A stretch of 64,000 nt of DNA from an uncultured Candidatus Saccharibacteria bacterium (GTDB lineage: Bacteria; Patescibacteriota; WWE3; UBA101185; UBA10185), in assembly GCA_964615625.1 (NCBI GenBank), contig CAZTQT010000004.1, positions 2,728 to 66,727 on the forward strand, in the 5' to 3' direction. Under the pieces are notes generated by a model that saw only the letters and a list, made by a program, of their open reading frames with translations, did not search any database and was not told the DNA's origin. Below, piece by piece: positions 52,049 to 61,997 of the stretch (its first letter is position 1; each line of letters starts with the position of its first letter). Made by a program: the position numbers and the translations under genes.

Positions 52049-53437
52049 ATGCAGGATTTAATAATATCATTGAATAAAAACATATTAAGAGTTTCTACAG
52101 TTGATAAAGAGGCTTCTCTTAAAACTTCTACGACTACCGTGCCTACAGAAGTTGTTGATGATTCAAGAATTATAGATAGTGGTGCTTTATCAAATATTTT
52201 GGATGATTTGGTACATCAAATTACCGATTTACCAAAAAAACAACTCAATTTAAATTTTGTTGTTGAACCTCAAGATGTATTTTTAAGATATGTTACTGTT
52301 TCCAAAAATGATTCGCAGCTAGAAGATAAGGTTATATCTGAAATAAAATCAAAAGACCCAGATCTGCCTTTAGAAGACATCTTCTTTTCTTATAGAAAAA
52401 AAGCTCCTTTTGTTTACCAGTTCATAGGTATTAGGAAAGATGTTATGTCTGCATATATAGATGTCTCAAATCTTGTTGGAATTGGTCTAAAAAGTGTTGT
52501 CCCATGGGTTTTAGTCTTACCAAAATATGAAAATATCAATGATCCGTCTATTTTTGTGTCAAAAGTTGATGATGATCAAGTGATTGCTTTATCAGAACTA
52601 AATGGCGTGTTTTTTGCAGGTTCTTATAAAGAGGAAAAGACATCCGAGGAACTGTCGGCTCTTATAAAAGAGTTATCTTTCTACAAGAGATCTAGCCCTA
52701 TTAAATACATCTTTACTTTTGGTTACGACAATTTTGATATGCCTGGATACAGTATTAAGAAGATAGAGGCTCCAGATTTCAATGGTTCTGATCAGATACC
52801 TTCAGGATTTGAGTTAAATACAATTTTTAATTTTATGCTTGATTCAGACCAAGATATAGTTGATAGTCAGGTTAATGTTTTAAATATGTTACCTCTCCCT
52901 GTAGTTGAGAAGAAGACATCTGCACTAACGGTGGTAGGTCCTGTAGTTGGGGCTTTGTTACTTTTGGTCGGCGCTTATTTTGGTATAAAAAGTTTAGGAA
53001 AAAAAGATAATTCAGGTGATTCCCTAGCTGTAAATAATGAGCAAACTCAGGTTCTAAGTGAGTCAACACAGCAACAAAATGTGGAGCCAAATGACGATGT
53101 TCAAGAAACTGAACAAAAAGATAGGGATCCCAATATGGAAGTTAAGAAAGGTAATTTAAAAATAAGAATAGAGAACGGTGCTGGTATAAGTGGTTTAGCG
53201 GCAAGAACAAAAGACTTTCTAACAGAATTTGGTTACACAATTTTGAACATAGATACCGCAGATTCCACAACAGAGCCTACAATTTTGAATTTCAAGAAAG
53301 ATGCAATAGAGGATTATAAAGATATAGTCTATAAGGATATGGTGTCTAAATTTCCAAACATAGAGGTAAAGGAGGATTTACAGGAAGACAGTGACTACGA
53401 CTTGCTTATAACTGTAGGTACAAGTTCCAAGCTTTAG
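52049..53437 (+). CDS. Membrane protein with possible PilM/actin-like N-domain and LytR_C C-domain
   Basis: C-term IENGAGISGLA...DLLITVG is LytR_C-like; single TM; N-domain assignment tentative. Confidence 0.55.
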   Translation: MQDLIISLNKNILRVSTVDKEASLKTSTTTVPTEVVDDSRIIDSGALSNILDDLVHQITDLPKKQLNLNFVVEPQDVFLRYVTVSKNDSQLEDKVISEIKSKDPDLPLEDIFFSYRKKAPFVYQFIGIRKDVMSAYIDVSNLVGIGLKSVVPWVLVLPKYENINDPSIFVSKVDDDQVIALSELNGVFFAGSYKEEKTSEELSALIKELSFYKRSSPIKYIFTFGYDNFDMPGYSIKKIEAPDFNGSDQIPSGFELNTIFNFMLDSDQDIVDSQVNVLNMLPLPVVEKKTSALTVVGPVVGALLLLVGAYFGIKSLGKKDNSGDSLAVNNEQTQVLSESTQQQNVEPNDDVQETEQKDRDPNMEVKKGNLKIRIENGAGISGLAARTKDFLTEFGYTILNIDTADSTTEPTILNFKKDAIEDYKDIVYKDMVSKFPNIEVKEDLQEDSDYDLLITVGTSSKL

Positions 53438-53477
53438 TTTGTTGTTGCTCAAACCTCAAGATTAGTGTAATATCCTA

Positions 53478-53957
53478 ATGTTTAGTATGGAAAAATATAT
53501 AGTAATAAAATTAGCGTCAAAGCAATACCTAGTCCGAGAGGGCGATGTTATTGAACTGGAGAGACAGCAAAAACCTATTAAATCAGAAGTTTTATTCTAC
53601 TTTGATGGTGAGAAAGCTATTATCGGAGATCCTGAAGTCAAGGGTATTGATTTTGAAATATCTGTTTTAGAGGAGAAACTTGGGAAAAAAGTCAGAGTTG
53701 CTAGATTTAAAAAGAAATCTAGGTACGATAAGGTTAAAGGTCATAGACAGCCTATTAGCATATTAAAAGTGGAAAATATAGGTGGTAAACCAAAGAAAAA
53801 AGAAGATTCTGAAAAACCAGTTGAAAAAGAAAAAGAGAAAGAGACCAAAAAAGAAGTTAAAAAAGAGAAAAAAAATGTTGTTGAGAAAAAACCTGCAAAG
53901 GTCCAAGAAAAAACAAAGGTAAAAGAAAAGGAAAAAGTTTCAAAAGGAGATAAATAA
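53478..53957 (+). CDS. rplU: 50S ribosomal protein bL21 with K/E-rich C-terminal tail
   Basis: [20 protein letters not shown]. Confidence 0.93.
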   Translation: MFSMEKYIVIKLASKQYLVREGDVIELERQQKPIKSEVLFYFDGEKAIIGDPEVKGIDFEISVLEEKLGKKVRVARFKKKSRYDKVKGHRQPISILKVENIGGKPKKKEDSEKPVEKEKEKETKKEVKKEKKNVVEKKPAKVQEKTKVKEKEKVSKGDK

Positions 53958-53959
53958 AA

Positions 53960-54235
53960 ATGGCACATAAAAAAGCTGGAGGTTCAAAAGCAACGCAAAA
54001 AGGAAATGTAGCAGGTAAAAGACTGGGAGTTAAGGTTTTTGGAGGTTCTCCTGTTAAAGCAGGGCAAATAATAATCAGACAGAGAGGAAGAGAAGTCATT
54101 CCAGGGGATAATGTGATGATGAGTAAAGATTTCACTCTCCATTCAGAAGTAGATGGTGTTGTAGAATTTGCTTGGAAGACAAGAAAAAAGAAAAAAGTTA
54201 GTGTTGTTGAGAGTAAGCCAAAGAAAGAAAAGTAG
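53960..54235 (+). CDS. rpmA: 50S ribosomal protein bL27
   Basis: [22 protein letters not shown]. Confidence 0.97.
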   Translation: MAHKKAGGSKATQKGNVAGKRLGVKVFGGSPVKAGQIIIRQRGREVIPGDNVMMSKDFTLHSEVDGVVEFAWKTRKKKKVSVVESKPKKEK

Positions 54236-54240
54236 TCTTT

Positions 54241-54801
54241 CTAATATTTAACTTTTTTAACTATTCCTATACTTTTTAATGGGTATATTTTTACTATCAC
54301 CTTACCTATAACTGAATTAGTATTAATGTATCCCCATTCTCTTGAATCTGTACTTTCGTCTCTATTATCACCTAAAACAACATAGGAATCAGTTGGTATA
54401 GAATATTCCACATCATTTTCAAAATATTTCTCTACATCAGTATACTCATTACTGTTTATATAGGAATCTTCATTGAGAACTTTGTCATTTATATATATTT
54501 TTCCACCAGATATTTTAAAACTCTCCCCAGGCAGCCCAATGACTCTTTTTATAAGAAGTTTGTCGTTTTCTAAAGGACTTTCAAAAACTACAACATCCCC
54601 ACGTTCCAAACCTTTCAATTTTACAGATAAAGACTCGGCTATTAATTGTTCTTTATTTTTAAAGTTTGGAAGCATTGAGTTTCCAGACACCTCACACAGC
54701 TGACCTAAGAATAGGTAGATGATCACGAAAACAAATAAAAATATAAAAATAACCTGGATAAATTCTGAAATTTTATTATTACGTTTTTTACGTGATTTCA
54801 C
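54241..54801 (-). CDS. lepB: Signal peptidase I
   Basis: GNSMLP, IKRVIGLPG, GDNRDESTDSR. Confidence 0.93.
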   Translation of the reverse strand: MKSRKKRNNKISEFIQVIFIFLFVFVIIYLFLGQLCEVSGNSMLPNFKNKEQLIAESLSVKLKGLERGDVVVFESPLENDKLLIKRVIGLPGESFKISGGKIYINDKVLNEDSYINSNEYTDVEKYFENDVEYSIPTDSYVVLGDNRDESTDSREWGYINTNSVIGKVIVKIYPLKSIGIVKKVKY

Positions 54802-54883
54802 AAATTAATGTTATTCTGGATGGGTAAAAATCACAAGCTTTCTGTTTTATTGGCAAAATATTTAGTAGAATATAAATGTTTTA

Positions 54884-54960
54884 GGGCTCATAGCTCAGTT
54901 GGTTAGAGCGTTGCATTCACATTGCAAAGGCCTCAGGTTCGAATCCTGATGAGCCCACCA
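54884..54960 (+). tRNA. tRNA-Val(CAC)
   Basis: GGGCTCA/TGAGCCC acceptor stem, TTGCA-TTCACAT-TGCAA anticodon arm, TCAGG-TTCGAAT-CCTGA T arm, encoded CCA. Confidence 0.95.
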
Positions 54961-55162
54961 AAAAAATAACAAAAAATATAGAGATTGTTCTAATTTGTAT
55001 ATAAATTACTTCCTAAAGGATTCGAATACCGCAGGCGCGACGGCGCTGAGGTGGGGCGCCGATCAAAAATTCAGCAGAATTTTATGAGTGGCCGAATCCT
55101 GATGAGCCCACCAAAAAATAACAAAAACATAGAGGTCGTTTCCCTTCGTATATAGATCACTT
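54940..55162 (+). repeat. ~70-bp degenerate direct repeat starting with the tRNA-Val 3' end, flanking an ~80-bp structured insert
   Basis: Copies at 54940-55011 and 55093-55162; first 21 nt identical (CGAATCCTGATGAGCCCACCA). Confidence 0.85.
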
Positions 55163-55663
55163 TTGACGGAAACTAACTAGCCCAATATTCTTTGGTCCTT
55201 CAAAATCAAGTTTAACTTTCTGATATCTAACGCCATTTTCTTTATAATATTCCGAAATACCCTCAATAAGAGCGTCCCTACCAAGTTTTTTACTTTGATC
55301 CCAAAAATTACAGCAGGGTATTACAAGGGTATTAGTAATCAATGCCGATTCCACAACAACATGTGTGGCTTCATCAGGATGTAACCCTATTACCAAATCA
55401 TAATATGAAGCATCTTCTGGTTTAAATTCATCTTTTCTACTTTCTACACCAACTAACGTGTAACCTCGCGGATCAAAAACAGTTGATTTGTAGTTATACT
55501 TCTTATTTAAAATTCTTGATAACATTCCACGGCCTCCTGCAACATCCGCTATATACTCAATATTTCTTCCAAAGGTATCAAATACAAAATCAGCAACCAC
55601 CTCAAATCTTTGAGGATCCCCATGAAATTTATGTCCTTTGTATGTACCAGTTTTGGTACTCAT
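55157..55663 (-). CDS. Putative small SAM-dependent methyltransferase
   Basis: IADVAGGRG motif I; GLHPDEAT and IPCC motifs. Confidence 0.6.
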   Translation of the reverse strand: MSTKTGTYKGHKFHGDPQRFEVVADFVFDTFGRNIEYIADVAGGRGMLSRILNKKYNYKSTVFDPRGYTLVGVESRKDEFKPEDASYYDLVIGLHPDEATHVVVESALITNTLVIPCCNFWDQSKKLGRDALIEGISEYYKENGVRYQKVKLDFEGPKNIGLVSFRQK

Positions 55664-55682
55664 GAAGTCATTATACTAAAGG

Positions 55683-55755
55683 GAAGCTTTGAGATGGGCT
55701 AGTGCCCCGCCCCGCGTAATGCGGGGCGGGGCACCTTAGGGTATCTTACAGCTTC
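55683..55755. repeat. GC-rich palindrome / long hairpin
   Basis: GTGCCCCGCCCCGC (55702-15) / GCGGGGCGGGGCAC (55721-34), with outer stems GAAGCT/AGCTTC and TGAGATG/TATCTTA. Confidence 0.8.
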
Positions 55756-55812
55756 ACGAAAACATAAAATCACACAAATGTTATATATCAAAAACTATAG
55801 TATAAATAATAT

Positions 55813-56271
55813 ATGACTGCCTTTTTTATCAAATACTTTGTCTTCTGTTTCATATCTGCAACACTACTATCAGTCTTTGAAATACAAACAGAAGGAAAGC
55901 ATGGTTGGGCAGAAAAACTTCCTACATGGAAAATAAGTTTTAAATTTTTAGATAGTATGCCGGGTTTTAGAGGTCCTGTAACAGGTTATCACATCTATCT
56001 TTTTACAATGGTGCTGTTTCTAGTTCATATTCCATTTTTATTTATGAGATGGGATATACGTACTGAAGTAATTATTCTTTCAGCTTATACACTTATAGTG
56101 GCTTTAGAGGACTTTCTTTGGTTTGTTTTTAACCCGTACTATGGTCTTAAAAAATTTAATAAAAAACACATTCCCTGGCATGAGGATTGGGTTGGCCCGA
56201 TCCCGCTCCAGTACGTATATGTTATTGTTTTGTGGATCACACTTTTTGTTTTAGGTTTTTGGATTATTTAA
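55813..56271 (+). CDS. Hypothetical membrane protein
   Basis: Four TM helices; EIQTEGKHGWA and EDFLWF motifs look conserved. Confidence 0.7.
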   Translation: MTAFFIKYFVFCFISATLLSVFEIQTEGKHGWAEKLPTWKISFKFLDSMPGFRGPVTGYHIYLFTMVLFLVHIPFLFMRWDIRTEVIILSAYTLIVALEDFLWFVFNPYYGLKKFNKKHIPWHEDWVGPIPLQYVYVIVLWITLFVLGFWII

Positions 56272-57496
56272 TAAAAGAATCGTATAGAAGTTCCCACAGC
56301 TCCGTGTAACCACCCTCATATCCTAAAGCCCATATCCCAACCCCACCAAGATTATAGTCTTTAACAATGTCATATTTATATTTTAAGGATTTAGCGTTTT
56401 CATAATACACCGTCCTTAAGTGGTTTGAATCTTTGCTTATGTAAGTAAAATAAGGTGATTTCCCATTTTCATTCCATTTTATAAACGGTCTATTTTCTAT
56501 AATTGTCTCCATCACATGGTCATATGCTTGAGCCCCAGAATAACCTTTTTCATCGGATCCTTCAGAACGTTTTGAATACTCTGATTCGTCGTCAACAAGC
56601 CAATTATAGCCGTAATAGGGGACACCTAATATTATTTTGTTGGGAGGCATTTTTGTTAAAAAGTCGTTTATTGTTTCCATTACATCTATCCCAGGACCTT
56701 GTATCGGTGCAACAGGACCTATTTCTTCAGAGACAGGTCTGTGGTAATCGTAAGCCATTACAAAAATTCCATCTGCAGCCCTGCTTAAATTTTCTAAGTC
56801 AGAGCTAACACGATTTTGTGTTGCTGAGTCTGCAAAGGCTGAAACAACGACATATGAGTTTCCATACACTTTATCTAACTCATCATTTAAATATTTTGTT
56901 AATTCAGAAAACTTCTTATCAATTCCCTCATTGGTTCCTTCAGCGTGTTCAAAGTTAAGATTAATGTCTACTATACCTTTTTTATCAAGTTCTATTTTAA
57001 GATTCTCTAAAAGAGTATTCCAACACTCTTTGCAATCAAGAAACTCATCAATATCTTTGTCTATATGAGCAATGACTGTTAAGCTTACTCTTACTCCAAA
57101 TTCTTTAGAAATTTCAATTAATTTATCCAGATCTTCGTTCTCATTCCAATTAACATAACCGGGCTCTTGTACTAATTCCCCACCCTCTCCCTCCTTAGTT
57201 TTTATAAAATCTCCATCTTTATCAAGATAAAGACCAAAATATGCTATATCTGTGAGTTTATCTAATTGTAGATATTTTATTTTTTCAAGACTCCAATATG
57301 GGAGATATCCGTATATTATTTTTTTTGGTTTCTCGTCTTTGGTAGAAAATGCAAAAACACTTTTATTACTTGATAGCGGGGATATTATATTGTAACCATC
57401 AATATTATTACTTTTACTTTTAACCACTATCAAGGCCGTTAAAAGTATTAACGAAAAGGATAATATTGCTATAGACAGTTTTAACTCTTTTTTCAT
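56264..57496 (-). CDS. GH18 family glycoside hydrolase (membrane-anchored)
   Basis: YGYLPYW, NLNFE, VMAYDY, LGVPYYG, GGVGIWALG. Confidence 0.85.
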   Translation of the reverse strand: MKKELKLSIAILSFSLILLTALIVVKSKSNNIDGYNIISPLSSNKSVFAFSTKDEKPKKIIYGYLPYWSLEKIKYLQLDKLTDIAYFGLYLDKDGDFIKTKEGEGGELVQEPGYVNWNENEDLDKLIEISKEFGVRVSLTVIAHIDKDIDEFLDCKECWNTLLENLKIELDKKGIVDINLNFEHAEGTNEGIDKKFSELTKYLNDELDKVYGNSYVVVSAFADSATQNRVSSDLENLSRAADGIFVMAYDYHRPVSEEIGPVAPIQGPGIDVMETINDFLTKMPPNKIILGVPYYGYNWLVDDESEYSKRSEGSDEKGYSGAQAYDHVMETIIENRPFIKWNENGKSPYFTYISKDSNHLRTVYYENAKSLKYKYDIVKDYNLGGVGIWALGYEGGYTELWELLYDSFIK

Positions 57497-57563
57497 TCAA
57501 CTAAAATTCTACACGATTATGGCAAAACAATCCCCTGCTTTTTAAAATGATAAAATAATTTGG

Positions 57564-58799
57564 ATGGACAGTAAGAAGAAAATAAAATTTTGGTTGTATT
57601 TTTTTATATCTTTAGCCATTTTTGTATTTATGGTGTGTTTCTTATACAAAAAGTCTCTGCTTGAAGAAGAACATGCTAATCTTGATGATGTAACTCTTAA
57701 TTTCACTTTTACACCTGATGAGACCATAGATGAGGAGGAGTTGTGTACTGTAGTTCAAAATATAAGCTATGTTTATTATTCCCATGACAATCCTTTATGG
57801 GAAAAGAACAACAAATTTGGGTTGTACATATATGCAGAAAATAAAGATTTTTTTGAAATAGCTCAAAATCTTGTTAACTCAGGCGGTGGTGAGTGGGGTT
57901 ATGTTTTAATACCTTATGGAGTTAGAGACAGGGACACGGGAAAGTGGGGTAGAGTTTTTGACCAACTTATTAAAAAGAAGCTCATACCTGTTATACAGCT
58001 ATGGGATTTAGATGTTGATAATTACCAAAACGAAACTCGTGAGGCAGCTAAATTTTTAAATAATTTTATATGGCCCATAAAATATAGGTATATCAGTGTT
58101 TATAATGAGCCTAACGATAATAAGTTTTGGAATGGAGATGCCGATCCTGCTGAATATGCAAGAATTTTGGATTACACTATAAGGATTTTTAAAGAAGAAA
58201 ATGCAGACTTTTATATGCTCAACGGTGCTCTTAATGTTAGCGCTGCAGATGACACTAATAATGAAGATGCTTTTGTTTTTATGAAAAAAATGAATGAGGC
58301 GGTACCAGGAATTTTTGATAAATTAGACGGTTGGGCGTCCCATCCCTATCCTCAGCCTAACTTTTCTGGAAAACCAACAGATACAGGTAGATGGAGTATA
58401 AGAGCGTATGAGAATGAGCTTGAATACCTTAAAAATGAACTTGGTGTAAAGAAGAATTTGCCAGTTTTTATAACAGAGACGGGTTGGGCTCACGCCGAGG
58501 GGGAAAAATATAATGGTTCTTATAAACCCGTAGAAACGGTGGCACAGTATTTTAAGACAGCGTATAAAGAAGTTTGGTTAAAAGACGATAGAGTTAGAGC
58601 AGTTATGCCCTTTACCATAAGATACGACCCGCCTTTTGACCACTTTTCTTGGGTAAATAGAGATAAAGTTCCTTATTATCACTATGACGTGGTAAAAAAG
58701 ATGAAAAAAGTAAACGGCGACCCACCGTCTCTTGTAACCGGAGATGTTGAGGTCTATAACTGTTCTAATGACATTATTAAAGAAAATGAAGATAAATAG
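57564..58799 (+). CDS. Clan GH-A glycoside hydrolase-like protein (membrane-anchored)
   Basis: YNEPN acid/base, SHPYP, ITETGW nucleophile. Confidence 0.7.
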   Translation: MDSKKKIKFWLYFFISLAIFVFMVCFLYKKSLLEEEHANLDDVTLNFTFTPDETIDEEELCTVVQNISYVYYSHDNPLWEKNNKFGLYIYAENKDFFEIAQNLVNSGGGEWGYVLIPYGVRDRDTGKWGRVFDQLIKKKLIPVIQLWDLDVDNYQNETREAAKFLNNFIWPIKYRYISVYNEPNDNKFWNGDADPAEYARILDYTIRIFKEENADFYMLNGALNVSAADDTNNEDAFVFMKKMNEAVPGIFDKLDGWASHPYPQPNFSGKPTDTGRWSIRAYENELEYLKNELGVKKNLPVFITETGWAHAEGEKYNGSYKPVETVAQYFKTAYKEVWLKDDRVRAVMPFTIRYDPPFDHFSWVNRDKVPYYHYDVVKKMKKVNGDPPSLVTGDVEVYNCSNDIIKENEDK

Positions 58800-60066
58800 C
58801 ACCGTAGACAAGATAGCTAAAAATACTGTGTACCAGATAGTAGGTAAGGTTGTAAGCATGTCTATTACCATGTTGGCCGTTGTTATTATAACTAGAACCT
58901 ACGGTAGGGAGGGTTACGGGTATTTTAGTTTAATGCAATCCTGGCCAGCTTTATTTTTTGTAATTGTAGATTTTGGGATCAATGCTATCGCTGCAAAAGA
59001 TTTAACTAGCGATTGGTCAAAAGCTAATAAATACCTTGGAAATATATTGATAATGAGACTTATTTTCTCAGCTTTTTTGGTTTTTACTATATCTTGGATT
59101 TTAAAGTTTTTCCCATATTCAAGAGATTTAGAGGTTGGTATAAGATTAGGGATGTTTTTGCTTATAACCCAGTCTCTTTACTCAACTACCAACATATTTT
59201 TTCAAGTCAAATTAAGATATGATTTTTCAACAATTGCTTATACTGTTGGGTATTTATTGATTCTTGGGTTGGTAGTTCTTTTTTCACTTTTAAAAATAAA
59301 CATTATGTGGGTTAATTTTTCATATGTTTTGGGTGGTTTAGCTACATTTTTGTTAAGTATGTTTTTTGTTAGAAAAATGGGTGTAAAGCCTGATTTTTCA
59401 TACGATCCTGTTCTTTGGAAATATCTTATTATTGCATCCTTACCCATAGGAATTATGTTTCTTTTTAGTCAGATGAGTTTTAAAGAAGATGCTTTAATGC
59501 TTTCATTTTTGAAATTACCGGAATCATATGGTCTTGATAATACTGAAAGTGTTGCTGTTTACGCCCTTCCGTATAAAGTATTTGAAGTCTTACTTGTTGT
59601 ACCAACATTTTTTATGAACTCAGTATACCCAGTTTTAGTTGAAAGGATGGATAAGGGTAGAGAAGACTTAAAAAATGCTTTTTCTAAAGTTATGTATTTT
59701 TTAACGTTCTCCGGGCTTTTTGTTGGGTTTTTAGGTGTTGTTTTTTCTCCCTTGGCAATAAAAGTCCTTGGTGGAAGTGAGTTTTCTCAATCTATAGATG
59801 TTTTAAGGATTTTATCAGCAGGGCTTTTTATATTTTATCTAACATCTCCCTTTTCATGGTTGATTGTTACTTTAGGTTACCAAAAGTATCTTCCGTGGGT
59901 TTATTTAATTAGTTTCACATTTAATATGGTTTCTAATTTTATTTTTATACCTAAGTATTCTTTTTATGCAGCGTCTTGGGTGACAGTGGTTTCAGAATGT
60001 ATAGTTTTGATTCTACTTGCATTTTTTGCTAAAAAGTCATGGAAGCTTAAATATGGCGCAAATTAG
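58786..60066 (+). CDS. Wzx-type flippase
   Basis: IAKNTVYQ, VDFG, VAVYALPYK; about 12 TM helices. Confidence 0.88.
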   Translation: MKINSTVDKIAKNTVYQIVGKVVSMSITMLAVVIITRTYGREGYGYFSLMQSWPALFFVIVDFGINAIAAKDLTSDWSKANKYLGNILIMRLIFSAFLVFTISWILKFFPYSRDLEVGIRLGMFLLITQSLYSTTNIFFQVKLRYDFSTIAYTVGYLLILGLVVLFSLLKINIMWVNFSYVLGGLATFLLSMFFVRKMGVKPDFSYDPVLWKYLIIASLPIGIMFLFSQMSFKEDALMLSFLKLPESYGLDNTESVAVYALPYKVFEVLLVVPTFFMNSVYPVLVERMDKGREDLKNAFSKVMYFLTFSGLFVGFLGVVFSPLAIKVLGGSEFSQSIDVLRILSAGLFIFYLTSPFSWLIVTLGYQKYLPWVYLISFTFNMVSNFIFIPKYSFYAASWVTVVSECIVLILLAFFAKKSWKLKYGAN

Positions 60067-61249
60067 TTTTTATATTACTTTACTGCTTGTTATCTTAAAC
60101 CAATTAACTTCTGTCTTTAAAAATTTTGGTTTGAGCATCTATCTGTTTGATATAGCTGTTCTTGTTTTTACTATTTTTTGGCTTGTTTATTTTTTATTAG
60201 TAAAGAAATCTTTTAAATTACCAAAAAAATCTTATCTTTTTATTATTTTCTCTCTTATTGCAGGTACCTCGTTGTTGATAGTTTCTCCTAACTTTAAGCC
60301 AGACGAATTATTAATAAGCGGTTTTTATCTTTTTAGATTTATTATTTACTTATTTTCTGGAATTGTAGTTTTTAACATTATTGAAAATAAAATGATGTCT
60401 AAAGAAAAGGTTTTTCAAGCATTTGTTGTGTCTGGAGTATTACTGGCTTTTTTGGGTTTTATTCAGCTTTTGATTTTACCCGATTTTACAGTTTTAGATC
60501 CAGATCTTGGGTGGGATCCCCATAAAAATCGTTTAGCATCAACATTTTTTGACCCGAACTTTGTTGGTGCCTACTTTGTTTTATGTTTAACTCTATTATT
60601 TGATAAATTTTACTCAGTTAATAAGAAAAATAGTAAATTAGAAACAAAAGACGCCGTTTTTTTCCTTGTTTTGCTAATTGCTCTTGTTTTAACATTTTCT
60701 AGAAGTGCGTGGGGAATGTTTGGGGTAGTAGTACTGGTATATGGGTTGTTCAAATCTAGGATTTTATTGATTAGTGCGTTTTTTGTAGCTTTTTTGGCTT
60801 ATTTTGCCATTCCTAGAGTTCAAACTAGGTTATCTGGTGTTACAGACCCTGCCGACTCTGCAAGTCTTAGATTAGATTCTTGGAGAAACACTGTGAAAAT
60901 AATAAAGGATAATTTTTGGGTTGGTACAGGGTTTAATACTTATAGATATGTTCAAAGAGATTATGGGTTTTTAACACCTGATAGTGAAGATATACACTCA
61001 GGAGCTGGGTCTGACTCTAGTTTACTTTTTGTTTTTGCTACAACTGGGATATTTGGATTTTTAGTTTATTTACTTGGGGTTTTATTTGTATCTTTTGGAG
61101 ACTTTGCCCAGAAAAATAAAAATTGGCTATTGTCCCTAGCTCTTGTTATGGGATTTATTTTGGAATCCCAGTTTATAAACAGCTTATTTTATCCTCAGAT
61201 TATGTTTCTTATGTTTAGTATATTTTTTATTGCCCCTTATAATACTTAA
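60053..61249 (+). CDS. O-antigen ligase / Wzy_C family protein
   Basis: RLASTFFDPN, TFSRSAW, GTGFNTY. Confidence 0.85.
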   Translation: MAQISFYITLLLVILNQLTSVFKNFGLSIYLFDIAVLVFTIFWLVYFLLVKKSFKLPKKSYLFIIFSLIAGTSLLIVSPNFKPDELLISGFYLFRFIIYLFSGIVVFNIIENKMMSKEKVFQAFVVSGVLLAFLGFIQLLILPDFTVLDPDLGWDPHKNRLASTFFDPNFVGAYFVLCLTLLFDKFYSVNKKNSKLETKDAVFFLVLLIALVLTFSRSAWGMFGVVVLVYGLFKSRILLISAFFVAFLAYFAIPRVQTRLSGVTDPADSASLRLDSWRNTVKIIKDNFWVGTGFNTYRYVQRDYGFLTPDSEDIHSGAGSDSSLLFVFATTGIFGFLVYLLGVLFVSFGDFAQKNKNWLLSLALVMGFILESQFINSLFYPQIMFLMFSIFFIAPYNT

Positions 61250-61958
61250 CATTTACTTTAGTAGCCGATTTATTTCCTGCCTCATCTTGTGCTTCTACTT
61301 TTATCTCAACATCCCCGTTTTCTACTTTAAGATAATAATCAAAAGTTAAGTCAGGTTTTTGTATTGCAGGGTTACCATTTACAGTAATTGTAGCTTTTTC
61401 ATTAATTTTACCTGTTACCTGTATAGTTTTGTTTAGATTTTTAATTGTTTCCCCATCGTCTGGAGATTCAATTTGTATTTTTGGTTCATCCTTGTCTTTT
61501 TTTATTGTTAAAATTCTTGAGCTGTCGCTTTCATTACCACGGTCATCAAATGATTTGGCAAATATAGTATTTGTTCCAGAATTTAATTGAATATCTACAA
61601 AGCTAAACATCCCGTCCGATCCAGTAACGGTTTGCCCTCTTTCTGGCCCATTTACGTATATTTTGACTAATGATCCTGCTAAGGAGTTGCCGGATAAGTT
61701 TATTTTATCTTGGTTTGTTGATTCTGGAGCACCTATAAATACTGGAGGCATTGGTTTTGGTGTTGGTATATATCCAGGATCGTTTCTATGTTTAGATAAA
61801 AAACCAAAGAGATATCCTACTTGAGGAGCAAATACAAAAAGAGACATTATTCCGGCTACAGATATAGCTACTATTATAAGAACCTTCTTTCTCAGGCCCT
61901 CTTTAAGGCTCTTTTCAGAAACTCTTTTTATTGATTGTGTAGATCTAGAATTACTCAT
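61227..61958 (-). CDS. Membrane-anchored Ig-like domain protein
   Basis: TM plus two beta-rich domains (GTNTIFAKSFDDRGN, AQDEAGN). Confidence 0.7.
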   Translation of the reverse strand: MSNSRSTQSIKRVSEKSLKEGLRKKVLIIVAISVAGIMSLFVFAPQVGYLFGFLSKHRNDPGYIPTPKPMPPVFIGAPESTNQDKINLSGNSLAGSLVKIYVNGPERGQTVTGSDGMFSFVDIQLNSGTNTIFAKSFDDRGNESDSSRILTIKKDKDEPKIQIESPDDGETIKNLNKTIQVTGKINEKATITVNGNPAIQKPDLTFDYYLKVENGDVEIKVEAQDEAGNKSATKVNVKYYKGQ

Positions 61959-61997
61959 TACGGAAACATAATATCACAACATTAGTGTTGTGTTTTG

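Noticed and set aside
53800-53957. A-rich low-complexity repeat
   Set aside because: Simply encodes the K/E-rich bL21 tail; not an array
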